From positions 131,378,001 through 131,442,000 of the forward strand of contig OZ024744.1 in the NCBI GenBank assembly GCA_964016885.1: a stretch of DNA of 64,000 nucleotides, written 5' to 3'. The DNA comes from Eledone cirrhosa. Its lineage: Eukaryota. A model generated the notes under the pieces. That model saw nothing but the letters and a program-made list of their open reading frames with translations, did not search any database and had not been told where the DNA came from. Positions 39,101-52,639 of this stretch are shown piece after piece. Both the position numbers and the translations under genes were made by a program. The stretch's first letter is position 1. Every line of letters starts with the position of its first letter.

Positions 39101-42100
39101 TGGGGTTAAGTTAAGTTGGGGTTAAGTTAAGTTGGGGTTAAGTTAAGTTGGGGTTAAGTTAAGTCGGGGTTAAGTTAAGTCGGGGTTAAGTTAAGTTAGG
39201 GTTAAGTTAAGTTGGAGTTAAGTTAAGTTGGGGTTGAGTTAAGTTGGGGTTGAGTTAAATTGGGGTGGAGTTAAGTTGGGGTTGAGTTAAGTTGGTGTTG
39301 AGTTAAGTTGGGGTTAAGTTAAGTTGGGGTTAAGTTAAGTGCAGGTAAGTTAAGTTGAGGTTAAGTTATGTAGGGGTTAAGTTAAGTTGGGGTTAAGTTA
39401 AGTTGGGGCTAAGTTAAGTTGGGGTTCAGTTAAGTTGGGGTTAAGTTAAGTTTGGGTTAAGTTGGGGTTAAATTAAGTTGGGGTTAATTTAAGTTGCGGT
39501 TAAGTTAAGTTGGGGTTAAGTTAAGTGGTGGTTATGTTAAGTTGGGGTTAAGTTAAGTTGGGGTTAATTTAAATTGGGGTTAAGTTAACTTTGTGGTTAA
39601 GTTAAGTTGGGGTTAAGTTAAGTTGGGGTTAAGTTAAGTTGGGGTTGCGTTAAGTTGGGGTTGAGTGAAGTTGGGGTTAAGTTAAGTTGGGGTTAATTTA
39701 AGTTGGGGTTAAGTTAAGTCGGGCTTAAGTTAAGTTGGGGTTGAGTTAAGTTGGGGTTAATTTAAGTTGGGGCTAAGTTAATTTGTGGTTAAGTTAAGTT
39801 GGGGTTAAGTTAAGTTGGGGTTAAGTTAAGTTGGGGTTGAGTTAAGTTGGGGTTGAGTTAATTTAGGGTTAAGTTAAGTTGGGGTTAAGTTAAGTTGGGT
39901 TTAAGTTAAGTTGGGGTTAAATTAAGTTGGGGTTAAATTAAGTTGGGGTTAAGTTAAGTTGGGGGTAAGTTAAGTTGGGGGCAAGTTAAGTTGGGGTTAA
40001 GTTAAGTTGGGGTTAAATTAAGTTGGGGTTAAGTTTAGTTGGTGTTAAGTTAAGTTGGGGTTTATTTAAGTTGGGGTTAATTAAGTTGGGGCTGAGTTAA
40101 GTTGGGGTAAATTTAAGTTGGGGTTGAGTTAAGTTGGGGTTAAGTTAAGTTGGGGTTAAGTTAAGTTGGGGTTAAGTTAAGTTGGGGTTGAGTTAAGTTG
40201 GGGTTAAGTTAAGTTGGGGTTAAGTTAAGTTGGGGTTCAGTTAAGTTGGGGTTAAGTTAAGTTGGGGTTAGGATGGGGTTAAATTAAGTTGGGGTTAAGT
40301 TAAGTTGGGGTTAAGTTAAGTTGGGGTTAAGTTAAGTTGGGGTTAAGTTAAGTCGGGGTTAAGTTAAGTCGTGGTTAAGTTAAGTTAGGGTTAAGTTAAG
40401 TTGGAGTTAAGTTAAGTTGGGGTTGAGTTAAGTTGGGGTTGAGTTAAATTGGGGTGGAGTTAAGTTGGGGTTGAGTTAAGTTGGTGTTGAGTTAAGTTGG
40501 GATTAATTTAAGTTGGGGTTAAGTTAAGTTGCAGTTAAGTTAAGTTGAGGTTAAGTTAAGTTGGGGTTAAGTTAAGTTGGGGTTAAGTTAAGTTGGGGCT
40601 ACGTTAAGTTGGGGCTAAGTTAAGTTGGGGCTCAGTTAAGTTGGGGTTCAGTTAAGTTGGGGTTAAGTTAAGTTTGGGTTAAGTTGGGGTTAAATTAAGT
40701 TGGGGTTAAGTTAAGTTGGGGTTTAGTTAAGTTGGGGTTAAGTTAAGTTGGGGTTAATTTAAGTTGGGGTTAAGTTAAGTTGGGGTTAAGTTGGCGTTAA
40801 GTTAAGTTGGGGTTGAATTAAGTTGGGGTTGAGTTAATTTAGGGTTAAGTTAAGTTGGGGTTAAGTTAAGTTGGGTTTAAGTTAAGTTGGGGTTAAATTA
40901 AGTTGGGGTTAAATTAAGTTGGGGTTAAGTTAAGTTGGGGGTAAGTTAAGTTGGTGTTAAGTTAAGTTGGGGTTAAGTTAAGTTGGGGTTAAGTTAAGTT
41001 GGGGTCAAGTTAAGTTGGTGTTAAGTTAAGTTGGGGTTAAGTTAAGTTGGGGCTCAGTTAAGTTGGGGCTAAGTTAAGTTGGGGCTAATTTAAGTTGGGG
41101 TTAAGTTAAGTTGGGGTTAAGTTAAGGTGGGGTTAATTTAAGTTGGGGTCAACTTAAATTGGGGTTAAGTTAAGTTGGGGTTAAGTTAAGTTGGGGTTAA
41201 GTTAAGTTGGGGTTAAGTTAAGTTGGGGTTAAGTTAAGTTGGGGTTGAGTTAAGTTGGGGTTAAGTTAAGTTGGGGGTAAGTTAAGTTGGGGGCAAGTTA
41301 AGTTGGGGTTAAGTTAAGTTGGGGTTAAATTAAGTTGGGGTTAAGTTTAGTTGGTGTTAAGTTAAGTTGGGGTTTATTTAAGTTGGGGTTAATTAAGTTG
41401 GGGCTGAGTTAAGTTGGGGCTGAATTAAGTTGGGGTTAAGTTAAGTTGGGGTTGAGTTAAGTTGCGGTTAAGTTAAGTTGGGGTTAAGTTAAGTTGGGGT
41501 TAAGTTAAGTTGGGGTTGAGTTAAGTTGGGGTTAAGTTAAGTTGGGGTTCAGTTAAGTTGGTGTTAAGTTAAGTTGGGGTTAAGATGGGGTTAAATTAAG
41601 TTGGGGTTAAGTTAAGTTGGGGTTAAGTTAAGTTGGGGTTAAGTTAAGTCGGGGTTAAGTTAAGTCGGGGTTAAGTTAAGTTAGGGTTAAGTTAAGTTGG
41701 AGTTAAGTTAAGTTGGGGTCAAGTTAAGTTGGGGTTAAATTAAGTTGGGGTTAAGTTAAGTTGGGGTTAAGTTAAGTTGGGGGTAAGTTAAGTTGGGGGT
41801 AAGTTAAGTTGGGGGTAAGTTAAGTTGGGGTTAAGTTAAGTTGGGGTTAAGTTAAGTTAGGGTTAAGTTAAGTTGGGGTTGAGTTAAGTTGGGGTTAAGT
41901 TAAGTTGGGGTTATGTTAAGTTGGGGTTAAGTTAAGTTGGTTCGTTAAGTTGAGTTTAAGTTAAGTTGGGGTTAATTTAAGTTGGGGTTAAGTTAAGTTG
42001 GGGTTAAGTTAAGTTGGGGTTAAGTTAAGTTGGGGTTCAGTTAAGTTGGGGTTAAGTCAAGTTGGGGTTAAGTTGGGGTTAAATTAATTTGGGGTTAAGT

Positions 42101-43450
42101 TAAGTTGGGGTTAAGTTAAGTTGGGGTTATATTAAGTTGGGGTTAAGTTAAGTTGGGGTTAAGTTAATTTGTTGTTAAGTTAAGTTGGGGTTAAGTTAAG
42201 TTGGGGCTAAGTTAAGTTGGGGCTAAGTTAAGTTGGGGCTAAGTTAAGTTGGGGTTCAGTTAAGTTGGGGTTAAGTTAAGTTGGGGTTAAGTTAAGTTGG
42301 GTTTAAGTTAAGTTGGGTTTAAGTTATGTTGGGGTTGAGTTAAGTTGGGGTTAAGTTAAGTTGGGGTTCAGTTAAGTTGGGGTTAAGTTAAGTTGGGGTT
42401 AAGATGGGGTTAAATTAAGTTGGGGTTAAGTTAAGTTGGGGTTAAGTTAAGTTGGGGTTAAGTTAAGTTGGGGTTAAGTTAAGTCGGGGTTAAGTTAAGT
42501 CGGGGTTAAGTTAAGTTAGGGTTAAGTTAAGTTGGAGTTAAGTTAAGTTGGGGTTGAGTTAAGTTGGGGTTGAGTTAAATTGGGGTGGAGTTAAGTTGGG
42601 GTTGAGTTAAGTTGGTGTTGAGTTAAGTTGGGGTTAAGTTAAGTTGGGGTTAAGTTAAGTGCAGGTAAGTTAAGTTGAGGTTAAGTTATGTAGGGGTTAA
42701 GTTAAGTTGGGGTTAAGTTAAGTTGGGGCTAAGTTAAGTTGGGGCTAAGTTAAGTTGGGGCTAAGTTAAGTTGGGGTTCAGTTAAGTTGGGGTTAAGTTA
42801 AGTTTGGGTTAAGTTGGGGTTAAATTAAGTTGGGGTTAATTTAAGTTGCGGTTAAGTTAAGTTGGGGTTAAGTTAAGTGGTGGTTATGTTAAGTTGGGGT
42901 TAAGTTAAGTTGGGGTTAATTTAAATTGGGGTTAAGTTAACTTTGTGGTTAAGTTAAGTTGGGGTTAAGTTAAGTTGGGGTTAAGTTAAGTTGGGGTTGC
43001 GTTAAGTTGGGGTTGAGTGAAGTTGGGGTTAAGTTAAGTTGGGGTTAATTTAAGTTGGGGTTAAGTTAAGTCGGGCTTAAGTTAAGTTGGGGTTGAGTTA
43101 AGTTGGGGTTAATTTAAGTTGGGGCTAAGTTAATTTGTGGTTAAGTTAAGTTGGGGTTAAGTTAAGTTGGGGTTAAGTTAAGTTGGGGTTGAGTTAAGTT
43201 GGGGTTGAGTTAATTTAGGGTTAAGTTAAGTTGGGGTTAAGTTAAGTTGGGTTTAAGTTAAGTTGGGGTTAAATTAAGTTGGGGTTAAATTAAGTTGGGG
43301 TTAAGTTAAGTTGGGGGTAAGTTAAGTTGGGGGCAAGTTAAGTTGGGGTTAAGTTAAGTTGGGGTTAAATTAAGTTGGGGTTAAGTTTAGTTGGTGTTAA
43401 GTTAAGTTGGGGTTTATTTAAGTTGGGGTTAATTAAGTTGGGGCTGAGTT
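36140..43450 (+). repeat. Tandem duplication, unit about 3940 bp; the second copy lacks 620 bp that includes the inverted block
   Basis: GGGGTAAATTT 36161/40101, GGATGGGG 36331/40271 and GTTGTTAAG 38231/42171 give offset 3940; downstream, GCAGGTAAG 39341/42661 gives offset 3320. Confidence 0.87.
38253..38676 (-). repeat. Inverted block 15 (type B, 424 bp)
   Basis: Sister of block 14, with the same 1-bp deletion, AACACCAAATT variant and shortened spacer to the AGGCTT tail. Confidence 0.96.
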
Positions 43451-44184
43451 AAGTTGGGGCTGAATTAAGTTGGGGTTAAGTTAAGTTGGGGTTGAGTTAA
43501 GTTGGGGTTAAGTTAAGTTGGGGTTAAGTTAAGTTGGGGTTAAGTTAAGTTGGGGTTTAGTTAAGTTGGGGTTCAGTTAAGTTGGGGTTAAGTTGGGGTT
43601 AAATTAATTTGGGGTTAAGTTAAGTTGGGGTTTAGTTTAGTTGGGGTTAAATTAAGTTGGGGTTAATTTAAGTTGGGGTTAAGTTAAGTTGCGGGTAATT
43701 TAAGTTGGGGTTAAGTTAAGTTGGGGTTAAGTTAAGTTGGGGTTAAGTTAAGTTGGGGGTAAGTTAAGTTGGGGGTAAGTTAAGTTGGGGGTAAGTTAAG
43801 TTGGGGTTAAGTTAAGTTGGGGTTAAGTTAAGTTAGGGTTAAGTTAAGTTGGGGTTGAGTTAAGTTGGGGTTAAGTTAAGTTGGGGTTATGTTAAGTTGG
43901 GGTTAAGTTAAGTTGGTTCGTTAAGTTGAGTTTAAGTTAAGTTGGGGTTAATTTCAGCTGGGGTTAAGTTAAGTTGGGGTTAAGTTAAGTTGGGGTTAAG
44001 TTAAGTTGGGGTTAAGTTAAGTTGGGGTTCAGTTAAGTTGGGGTTAAGTCAAGTTGGGGTTAAGTTGGGGTTAAATTAATTTGGGGTTAAGTTAAATTGG
44101 GGTTAAGTTAAGTTGTGGTTATGTTAAGTTGGGGTTAAGTTAAGTTGGGGTTAAGTTAATTTGTGGTTAAGTTAAGTTGTGGTT

Positions 44185-44625
44185 AACCCCAACTTCACTC
44201 AACCCCACCTTAACTCAACCCCAACTTAACTTAACCCCAACTTCACTCAACCCCAACTTAACTTAACCCCAACTTCACTCAACCCCAACTTAACTCAACC
44301 CCAACTTAACTTAACCCCAACTTAACTTAACCCTAACTTAACTTAACCCCAACTTAACTTAACTTCGACTTAACTTAACCCCAACTTAACTTAACCCCAA
44401 CTTAACTTAACCCCAACTTAACTTAACCACAAATTAACTTAACCCCAACTTAAATTAACCCCAACTTAAATTAACCCCAACTTAACTTAACCCCAACTTA
44501 ACTTAACCCCAACTTAACTTAACCCCAACTTAACTCACACCCAACTTAACTTACCCCCAACTTAACTTAACCCCAACTTGACTTAACCCCAAATTAACTT
44601 AACCCCAACTTAACTTAACCCCAAA
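44185..44625 (-). repeat. Inverted block 16 (type B, 441 bp)
   Basis: Left junction GTTGTGGTTAACCCC; right junction CCCCAAATTCGGGG. Confidence 0.97.
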
Positions 44626-46861
44626 TTCGGGGTTAAGTTAAGTTGGGGTTAAATTAAGTTAGGCTTAACTTAAGTTGGGGTTAAGTTAAATTGGGGGTAA
44701 GTTAAGTTCTGGGTAAGTTAAGTTGGGGTTAAGTTAAGTTGGGGTTAAGTTGGGGTTAAGTTAAGTTAGGGTTAAGTTAAGTTGGGGTTGAGTTAAGTTG
44801 GGGTTAAGTTAAGTTGGGGTTAAGTTAAGTTGGGGTCAAGTTAAGTTGGGGTTAAAATTAAGTTGGGGTTAAATCAAGTTGGGGTTAAGTTAAGTTGGGG
44901 TTAATTTAGTTGGGGTTAAGTTAAGTTGGGGCTAAGTTAAGTTGGGGCTAAGTTAAGTTGGGACTAAGTTAAGTTGGGGTTAAGTTAAGTTGGGGTTAAG
45001 TTAAGTTGGGGTTAATTTAAATTGGGTTTAAGTTAAGTTGGGTTTAAGTTATGTTGGGGTTGAGTTAAGTTGGGGTTAAGTTAAGTTGGGGTTCAGTTAA
45101 GTTGGGGTTAAGTTAAGTTGGGGTTAAGATGGGGTTAAATTAAGTTGGGGTTAAGTTAAGTTGGGGTTAAGTTAAGTTGGGGTTAAGTTAAGTTGGGGTT
45201 AAGTTAAGTTGGAGTTAAGTTAAGTTGGGGTTGAGTTAAGTTGGGGTTGAGTTAAATTGGGGTGGAGTTAAGTTGGGGTTGAGTTAAGTTGGTGTTGAGT
45301 GAAGTTGGGGTTAAGTTAAGTTGGGGTTAAGTTAAGTGCAGTTAAGTTAAGTTGAGGTTAAGTTATGTAGGGGTTAAGTTAAGTTGGGGTTAAGTTAAGT
45401 TGGGGCTAAGTTAAGTTGGGGCTAAGTTAAGTTGGGGTTCAGTTAAGTTGGGGTTAAGTTAAGTTTGGGTTAATGTGGGGTTAAATTAAGTTGGGGTTAA
45501 GTTAAGTTGGGGTTTAGTTAAGTTGGGGTTAATTTAAGTTGGGGTTAATTTAAGTTGCGGTTAAGTTAAGTTGGGGTTAAGTTAAGTGGTGGTTATGTTA
45601 AGTTGGGGTTAAGTTAAGTTGGGGTTAATTTAAATTGGGGTTAAGTTAACTTTGTGGTTAAGTTAAGTTGGGGTTAAGTTAAGTTGGGGTTAAGTTAAGT
45701 TGGGGTTGCGTTAAGTTGGGGTTGAGTGAAGTTGGGGTTAAGTTAAGTTGGGGTTAATTTAAGTTGGGGTTAAGTTAAGTCGGGCTTAAGTTAAGTTGGG
45801 GTTGAGTTAAGTTGGGGTTAATTTAAGTTGGGGCTAAGTTAATTTGTGGTTAAGTTAAGTTGGGGTTAAGTTAAGTTGGGGTTAAGTTAAGTTGGGGTTG
45901 AGTTAAGTTGGGGTTGAGTTAATTTAGGGTTAAGTTAAGTTGGGGTTAAGTTAAGTTGGGTTTAAGTTAAGTTGGGGTTAAATTAAGTTGGGGTTAAATT
46001 AAGTTGGGGTTAAGTTAAGTTGGGGGTAAGTTAAGTTGGGGGCAAGTTAAGTTGGGGTTAAATTAAGTTGGGGTTAAGTTTAGTTGGTGTTAAGTTAAGT
46101 TGGGGTTTATTTAAGTTGGGGTTAATTAAGTTGGGGCTGAGTTAAGTTGGGGCTGAATTAAGTTGGGGTTAAGTTAAGTTGGGGTTGAGTTAAGTTGGGG
46201 TTAAGTTAAGTTGGGGTTAAGTTAAGTTGGGGTTAAGTTAAGTTGGGGTTTAGTTAAGTTGGGGTTCAGTTAAGTTGGGGTTAAGTTGGGGTTAAATTAA
46301 TTTGGGGTTAAGTTAAGTTGGGGTTTAGTTTAGTTGGGGTTAAATTAAGTTGGGGTTAATTTAAGTTGGGGTTAAGTTAAGTTGCGGGTAATTTAAGTTG
46401 GGGTTAAGTTAAGTTGGGGTTAAGTTAAGTTGGGGTTAAGTTAAGTTGGGGGTAAGTTAAGTTGGGGGTAAGTTAAGTTGGGGGTAAGTTAAGTTGGGGT
46501 TAAGTTAAGTTGGGGTTAAGTTAAGTTAGGGTTAAGTTAAGTTGGGGTTGAGTTAAGTTGGGGTTAAGTTAAGTTGGGGTTATGTTAAGTTGGGGTTAAG
46601 TTAAGTTGGTTCGTTAAGTTGAGTTTAAGTTAAGTTGGGGTTAATTTAAGTTGGGGTTAAGTTAAGTTGGGGTTAAGTTAAGTTGGGGTTAAGTTAAGTT
46701 GGGGTTCAGTTAAGTTGGGGTTAAGTCAAGTTGGGGTTAAGTTGGGGTTAAATTAATTTGGGGTTAAGTTAAGTTGGGGTTAAGTTAAGTTGTGGTTATG
46801 TTAAGTTGGGGTTAAGTTAAGTTGGGGTTAAGTTAATTTGTGGTTAAGTTAAGTTGTGGTT

Positions 46862-47302
46862 AACCCCAACTTCACTCAACCCCACCTTAACTCAACCCCA
46901 ACTTAACTTAACCCCAACTTCACTCAACCCCAACTTAACTTAACCCCAACTTCACTCAACCCCAACTTAACTCAACCCCAACTTAACTTAACCCCAACTT
47001 AACTTAACCCTAACTTAACTTAACCCCAACTTAACTTAACTTCGACTTAACTTAACCCCAACTTAACTTAACCCCAACTTAACTTAACCCCAACTTAACT
47101 TAACCACAAATTAACTTAACCCCAACTTAAATTAACCCCAACTTAAATTAACCCCAACTTAACTTAACCCCAACTTAACTTAACCCCAACTTAACTTAAC
47201 CCCAACTTAACTCACACCCAACTTAACTTACCCCCAACTTAACTTAACCCCAACTTGACTTAACCCCAAATTAACTTAACCCCAACTTAACTTAACCCCA
47301 AA
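46862..47302 (-). repeat. Inverted block 17 (type B, 441 bp)
   Basis: Same as block 16, offset 2677. Confidence 0.97.
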
Positions 47303-50300
47303 TTCGGGGTTAAGTTAAGTTGGGGTTAAATTAAGTTAGGCTTAACTTAAGTTGGGGTTAAGTTAAATTGGGGGTAAGTTAAGTTCTGGGTAAGTTAAGT
47401 TGGGGTTAAGTTAAGTTGGGGTTAAGTTGGGGTTAAGTTAAGTTAGGGTTAAGTTAAGTTGGGTTTGAGTTAAGTTGGGGTTAAGTTAAGTTGGGGTTAA
47501 GTTAAGTTGGGGTCAGGTTAAGTTGGGGTTAAAATTAAGTTGGGGTTAAATCAAGTTGGGGTTAAGTTAAGTTGGGGTTAATTTAGTTGGGGTTAAGTTA
47601 AGTTGGGGCTAAGTTAAGTTGGGGCTAAGTTAAGTTGGGACTAAGTTAAGTTGGGGTTAAGTTAAGTTGGGGTTAAGTTAAGTTGGGGTTAATTTAAATT
47701 GGGGTTAAGTTAACTTTGTGGTTAAGTTAAGTTGGGGTTAAGTTAAGTTGGGGTTAAGTTAAGTTGGGGTTGAGTTATGTTGGGGTTGAGTGAAGTTGGG
47801 GTTAAGTTAAGTTGGGGTTAAGTTGGCGTTAATTTAAGTTGGGGTTGAATTAAGTTGGGGTTGAGTTAATTTAGGGTTAAGTTAAGTTGGGGTTAAGTTA
47901 AGTTGGGTTTAAGTTAAGTTGGGGTTAAATTAAGTTGGGGTTAAATTAAGTTGGGGTTAAGTTAAGTTGGGGGTAGGTTAAGTTGGTGTTAAGTTAAGTT
48001 GGGGTTAAGTTAAGTTGGAGTTAAGTTAAGTTGGGGTCAAGTTAAGTTGGGGTTAAAATTAAGTTTGGGTTAAGTCAAGTTGGGGTTAAGTTAAGTTTGA
48101 GTTAATTTAGTTGGGGTTAAGTTAAGTTGGGGCTAAGTTAAGTTGGGGCTAAGTTAAGTTGGGGCTAAGTTAAGTTGGGGTTAAGTTAAGTTGGGGTTAA
48201 TTTAAGTTGGGGTCAACTTAAATTGGGGTTAAGTTAAGTTGGGGTTAAGTTAAGTTGGGGTTAAGTTAAGTTGGGGTTAAGTTAAGTTGGTGTTAAGTTA
48301 AGTTGGGGCTTAGTTAAGTTGGGGCTGAGTTAAGTTGGGGCTGAGTTAAGTTGGGGTTAAGTTAAGTTGGGGTTGAGTTAAGTTGGGGTTAAGTTAAGTT
48401 GGGGTTAAGTTAAGTTGGGGTTAATTTAAGTTGGGTTTAAGTTATGTTGGGGTTGAGTTAAGTTGGGGTTAAGTTAAGTTGGGGTTCAGTTAAGTTGGGG
48501 TTAAGTTAAGTTGGGGTTAAGATGGGGTTAAATTAAGTTGGGGTTAAGTTAAGTTGGGGTTAAGTTAAGTTGGGGTTAAGTTAAGTCGGGGTTAAGTTAA
48601 GTCGGGGTTAAGTTAAGTTAGGGTTAAGTTAAGTTGGAGTTAAGTTAAGTTGGGGTTGAGTTAAGTTGGGGTTGAGTTAAATTGGGGTGGAGTTAAGTTG
48701 GGGTTGAGTTAAGTTGGTGTTGAATTAAGTTGGGGTTAAGTTAAGTTGGGGTTAAGTTAAGTGCAGTTAAGTTAAGTTGAGGTTAAGTTATGTAGGGGTT
48801 AAGTTAAGTTGGGGTTAAGTTAAGTTGGGGCTAAGTTAAGTTGGGGCTAAGTTAAGTTGGGGCTAAGTTAAGTTGGGGTTCAGTTAAGTTGGGGTTAAGT
48901 TAAGTTTGGGTTAAGTTGGGGTTAAATTAAGTTGGGGTTAAGTTAAGTTGGGGTTTAGTTAAGTTGGGGTTAAGTTAAGTTGGGGTTAATTTAAGTTGGG
49001 GTTAAGTTAAGTTGGGGTTAAGTTGGCGTTAAGTTAAGTTGGGGTTGAATTAAGTTGGGGTTGAGTTAATTTAGGGTTAAGTTAAGTTGGGGTTAAGTTA
49101 AGTTGGGTTTAAGTTAAGTTGGGGTTAAATTAAGTTGGGGTTAAATTAAGTTCGGGTTAAGTTAAGTTGGGGGTAAGTTAAGTTGGTGTTAAGTTAAGTT
49201 GGGGTTAAGTTAAGTTGGGGTTAAGTTAAGTTGGGGTCAAGTTAAGTTGGGGTTAAAATTAAGTTGGGGTTAAGTCAAGTTGGGGTTAAGTTAAGTTTGA
49301 GTTAATTTAGTTGGGGTTAAGTTAAGTTGGGGCTAAGTTAAGTTGGGGCTAAGTTAAGTTGGGGCTAAGTTAAGTTGGGGTTAAGTTAAGTTGGGGTTAA
49401 GTTAAGGTGGGGTTAATTTAAGTTGGGGTCAACTTAAATTGGGGTTAAGTTAAGTTGGGGTTAAGTTAAGTTGGGGTTAAGTTAAGTTGGGGTTAAGTTA
49501 AGTTGGTGTTAAGTTAAGTTGGGGCTAAGTTAAGTTGGGGCTGAGTTAAGTTGGGGCTGAGTTAAGTTGGGGTTAATTTAAGTTGGGGTTGAGTTAAGTT
49601 GGGGTTAAGTTAAGTTGGGGTTAAGTTAAGTTGGGGTTGAGTTAAGTTGGGGTTAAGTTAAGTTGGGGTTAAGTTAAGTTGGGGTTAAGTTAAGTTGGGG
49701 TTAAGTTAAGTCGGGGTTAAGTTAAGTCGGGGTTAAGTTAAGTTAGGGTTAAGTTAAGTTGGAGTTAAGTTAAGTTGGGGTTGAGTTAAGTTGGGGTTGA
49801 GTTAAATTGGGGTGGAGTTAAGTTGGGGTTGAGTTAAGTTGGTGTTGAGTTAAGTTGGGGTTAAGTTAAGTTGGGGTTAAGTTAAGTTGCAGTTAAGTTA
49901 AGTTGAGGTTAAGTTAAGTTGGGGTTAAGTTAAGTTGGGGTTAAGTTAAGTTGGGGCTAAGTTAAGTTGGGGCTAAGTTAAGTTGGGGCTAAGTTAAGTT
50001 GGGGTTCAGTTAAGTTGGGGTTAAGTTAAGTTGGTTAGTTAAGTTGAGTTTAATTTAAGTTGGGGTTAATTTAAGTTGGGGCTAAGTTAAGTTGGGGTTA
50101 AGTTAAGTTGGGGTTAAGTTAAGTTGGGGTTAAGTTAATTTGGGGTTCAGTTAAGTTGGGGTTAAGTCAAGTTGGGGTTAAGTTGGGGTTAAATTAATCT
50201 GGGGTTAAGTTATTGTTGGGGTTAAGTTAAGTTGGGGTTAAGTTAAGTTGGGGTTAAGTTAAGTTGGGGTTAAGTTAATTTGGGGTTGAGTTAATTTGGG

Positions 50301-50447
50301 GTTAAGTTAAGTTGGGGTTAAGTTAAGTTGGGTTTAAGTTAAATTGGGGTTAAATTAAGTTGGGGTTAAATTAAGTTGGGGTTAAGTTAAGTTGGGGGTA
50401 AGTTAAGTTGGGGGCAAGTTAATTTGTGGATAAGTTAAGTTGTGGTT

Positions 50448-50840
50448 AACCCCAACTTCACTCAACCCCACCTTAACTCAACCCCAACTTAACTTAACCC
50501 CAACTTCACTCAACCCCAACTTAACTCAACCCCAACTTAACTTAACCCCAACTTAACTTAACCCTAACTTAACTTAACCCCAACTTAACTTAACTTCGAC
50601 TTAACTTAACCCCAACTTAACTTAACCCCAACTTAACTTAACCCCAACTTAACTTAACCACAAATTAACTTAACCCCAACTTAAATTAACCCCAACTTAA
50701 ATTAACCCCAACTTAACTTAACCCCAACTTAACTTAACCCCAACTTAACTCACACCCAACTTAACTTACCCCCAACTTAACTTAACCCCAACTTGACTTA
50801 ACCCCAAATTAACTTAACCCCAACTTAACTTAACCCCAAA
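50448..50840 (-). repeat. Inverted block 18 (type B, 393 bp)
   Basis: Preceded by the private variant GTGGATAAG at 50426. Confidence 0.97.
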
Positions 50841-52639
50841 TTCGGGGTTAAGTTAAGTTGGGGTTAAATTAAGTTAGGCTTAACTTAAGTTGGGGTTAAG
50901 TTAAATTGGGGGTAAGTTAAGTTCTGGGTAAGTTAAGTTGGGGTTAAGTTAAGTTAGGGTTAAGTTAAGTTGGGGTTGAGTTAAGTTGGGGTTAAGTTAA
51001 GTTGGGGTTATGTTAAGTTGGGGTCAAGTTAAGTTGGGGTTAAAATTAAGTTGGGGTTAAATCAAGTTGGGGTTAAGTTAAGTTGGGGTTAATTTAGTTG
51101 GGGTTAAGTTAAGTTGGGGCTAAGTTAAGTTGGGGTTAAGTTAAGTTGGGGTTAAGTTAAGTTGGGGTTAAGTTAAGTTGGGGCTAAGTTAAGTTGGGGC
51201 TAAGTTAAGTTGGGGCTAAGTTAAGTTGGGGTTCAGTTAAGTTGGGGTTAAGTTAAGTTTGGGTTAAGTTGGGGTTAAATTAAGTTGGGGTTAATTTAAG
51301 TTGCGGTTAAGTTAAGTTGGGGTTAAGTTAAGTGGTGGTTATGTTAAGTTGGGGTTAAGTTAAGTTGGGGTTAATTTAAATTGGGGTTAAGTTAACTTTG
51401 TGGTTAAGTTAAGTTGGGGTTAAGTTAAGTTGGGGTTAAGTTAAGTTGGGGTTGCGTTAAGTTGGGGTTGAGTGAAGTTGGGGTTAAGTTAAGTTGGGGT
51501 TAATTTAAGTTGGGGTTAAGTTAAGTCGGGCTTAAGTTAAGTTGGGGTTGAGTTAAGTTGGGGTTAATTTAAGTTGGGGCTAAGTTAATTTGTGGTTAAG
51601 TTAAGTTGGGGTTAAGTTAAGTTGGGGTTAAGTTAAGTTGGGGTTGAGTTAAGTTGGGGTTGAGTTAATTTAGGGTTAAGTTAAGTTGGGGTTAAGTTAA
51701 GTTGGGTTTAAGTTAAGTTGGGGTTAAATTAAGTTGGGGTTAAATTAAGTTGGGGTTAAGTTAAGTTGGGGGTAAGTTAAGTTGGGGGCAAGTTAAGTTG
51801 GGGTTAAGTTAAGTTGGGGTTAAATTAAGTTGGGGTTAAGTTTAGTTGGTGTTAAGTTAAGTTGGGGTTTATTTAAGTTGGGGTTAATTAAGTTGGGGCT
51901 GAGTTAAGTTGGGGCTGAATTAAGTTGGGGTTAAGTTAAGTTGGGGTTGAGTTAAGTTGGGGTTAAGTTAAGTTGGGGTTAAGTTAAGTTGGGGTTAAGT
52001 TAAGTTGGGGTTTAGTTAAGTTGGGGTTCAGTTAAGTTGGGGTTAAGTTGGGGTTAAATTAATTTGGGGTTAAGTTAAGTTGGGGTTTAGTTTAGTTGGG
52101 GTTAAATTAAGTTGGGGTTAATTTAAGTTGGGGTTAAGTTAAGTTGCGGGTAATTTAAGTTGGGGTTAAGTTAAGTTGGGGTTAAGTTAAGTTGGGGTTA
52201 AGTTAAGTTGGGGGTAAGTTAAGTTGGGGGTAAGTTAAGTTGGGGGTAAGTTAAGTTGGGGTTAAGTTAAGTTGGGGTTAAGTTAAGTTAGGGTTAAGTT
52301 AAGTTGGGGTTGAGTTAAGTTGGGGTTAAGTTAAGTTGGGGTTATGTTAAGTTGGGGTTAAGTTAAGTTGGTTCGTTAAGTTGAGTTTAAGTTAAGTTGG
52401 GGTTAATTTCAGCTGGGGTTAAGTTAAGTTGGGGTTAAGTTAAGTTGGGGTTAAGTTAAGTTGGGGTTAAGTTAAGTTGGGGTTCAGTTAAGTTGGGGTT
52501 AAGTCAAGTTGGGGTTAAGTTGGGGTTAAATTAATTTGGGGTTAAGTTAAATTGGGGTTAAGTTAAGTTGTGGTTATGTTAAGTTGGGGTTAAGTTAAGT
52601 TGGGGTTAAGTTAATTTGTGGTTAAGTTAAGTTGTGGTT

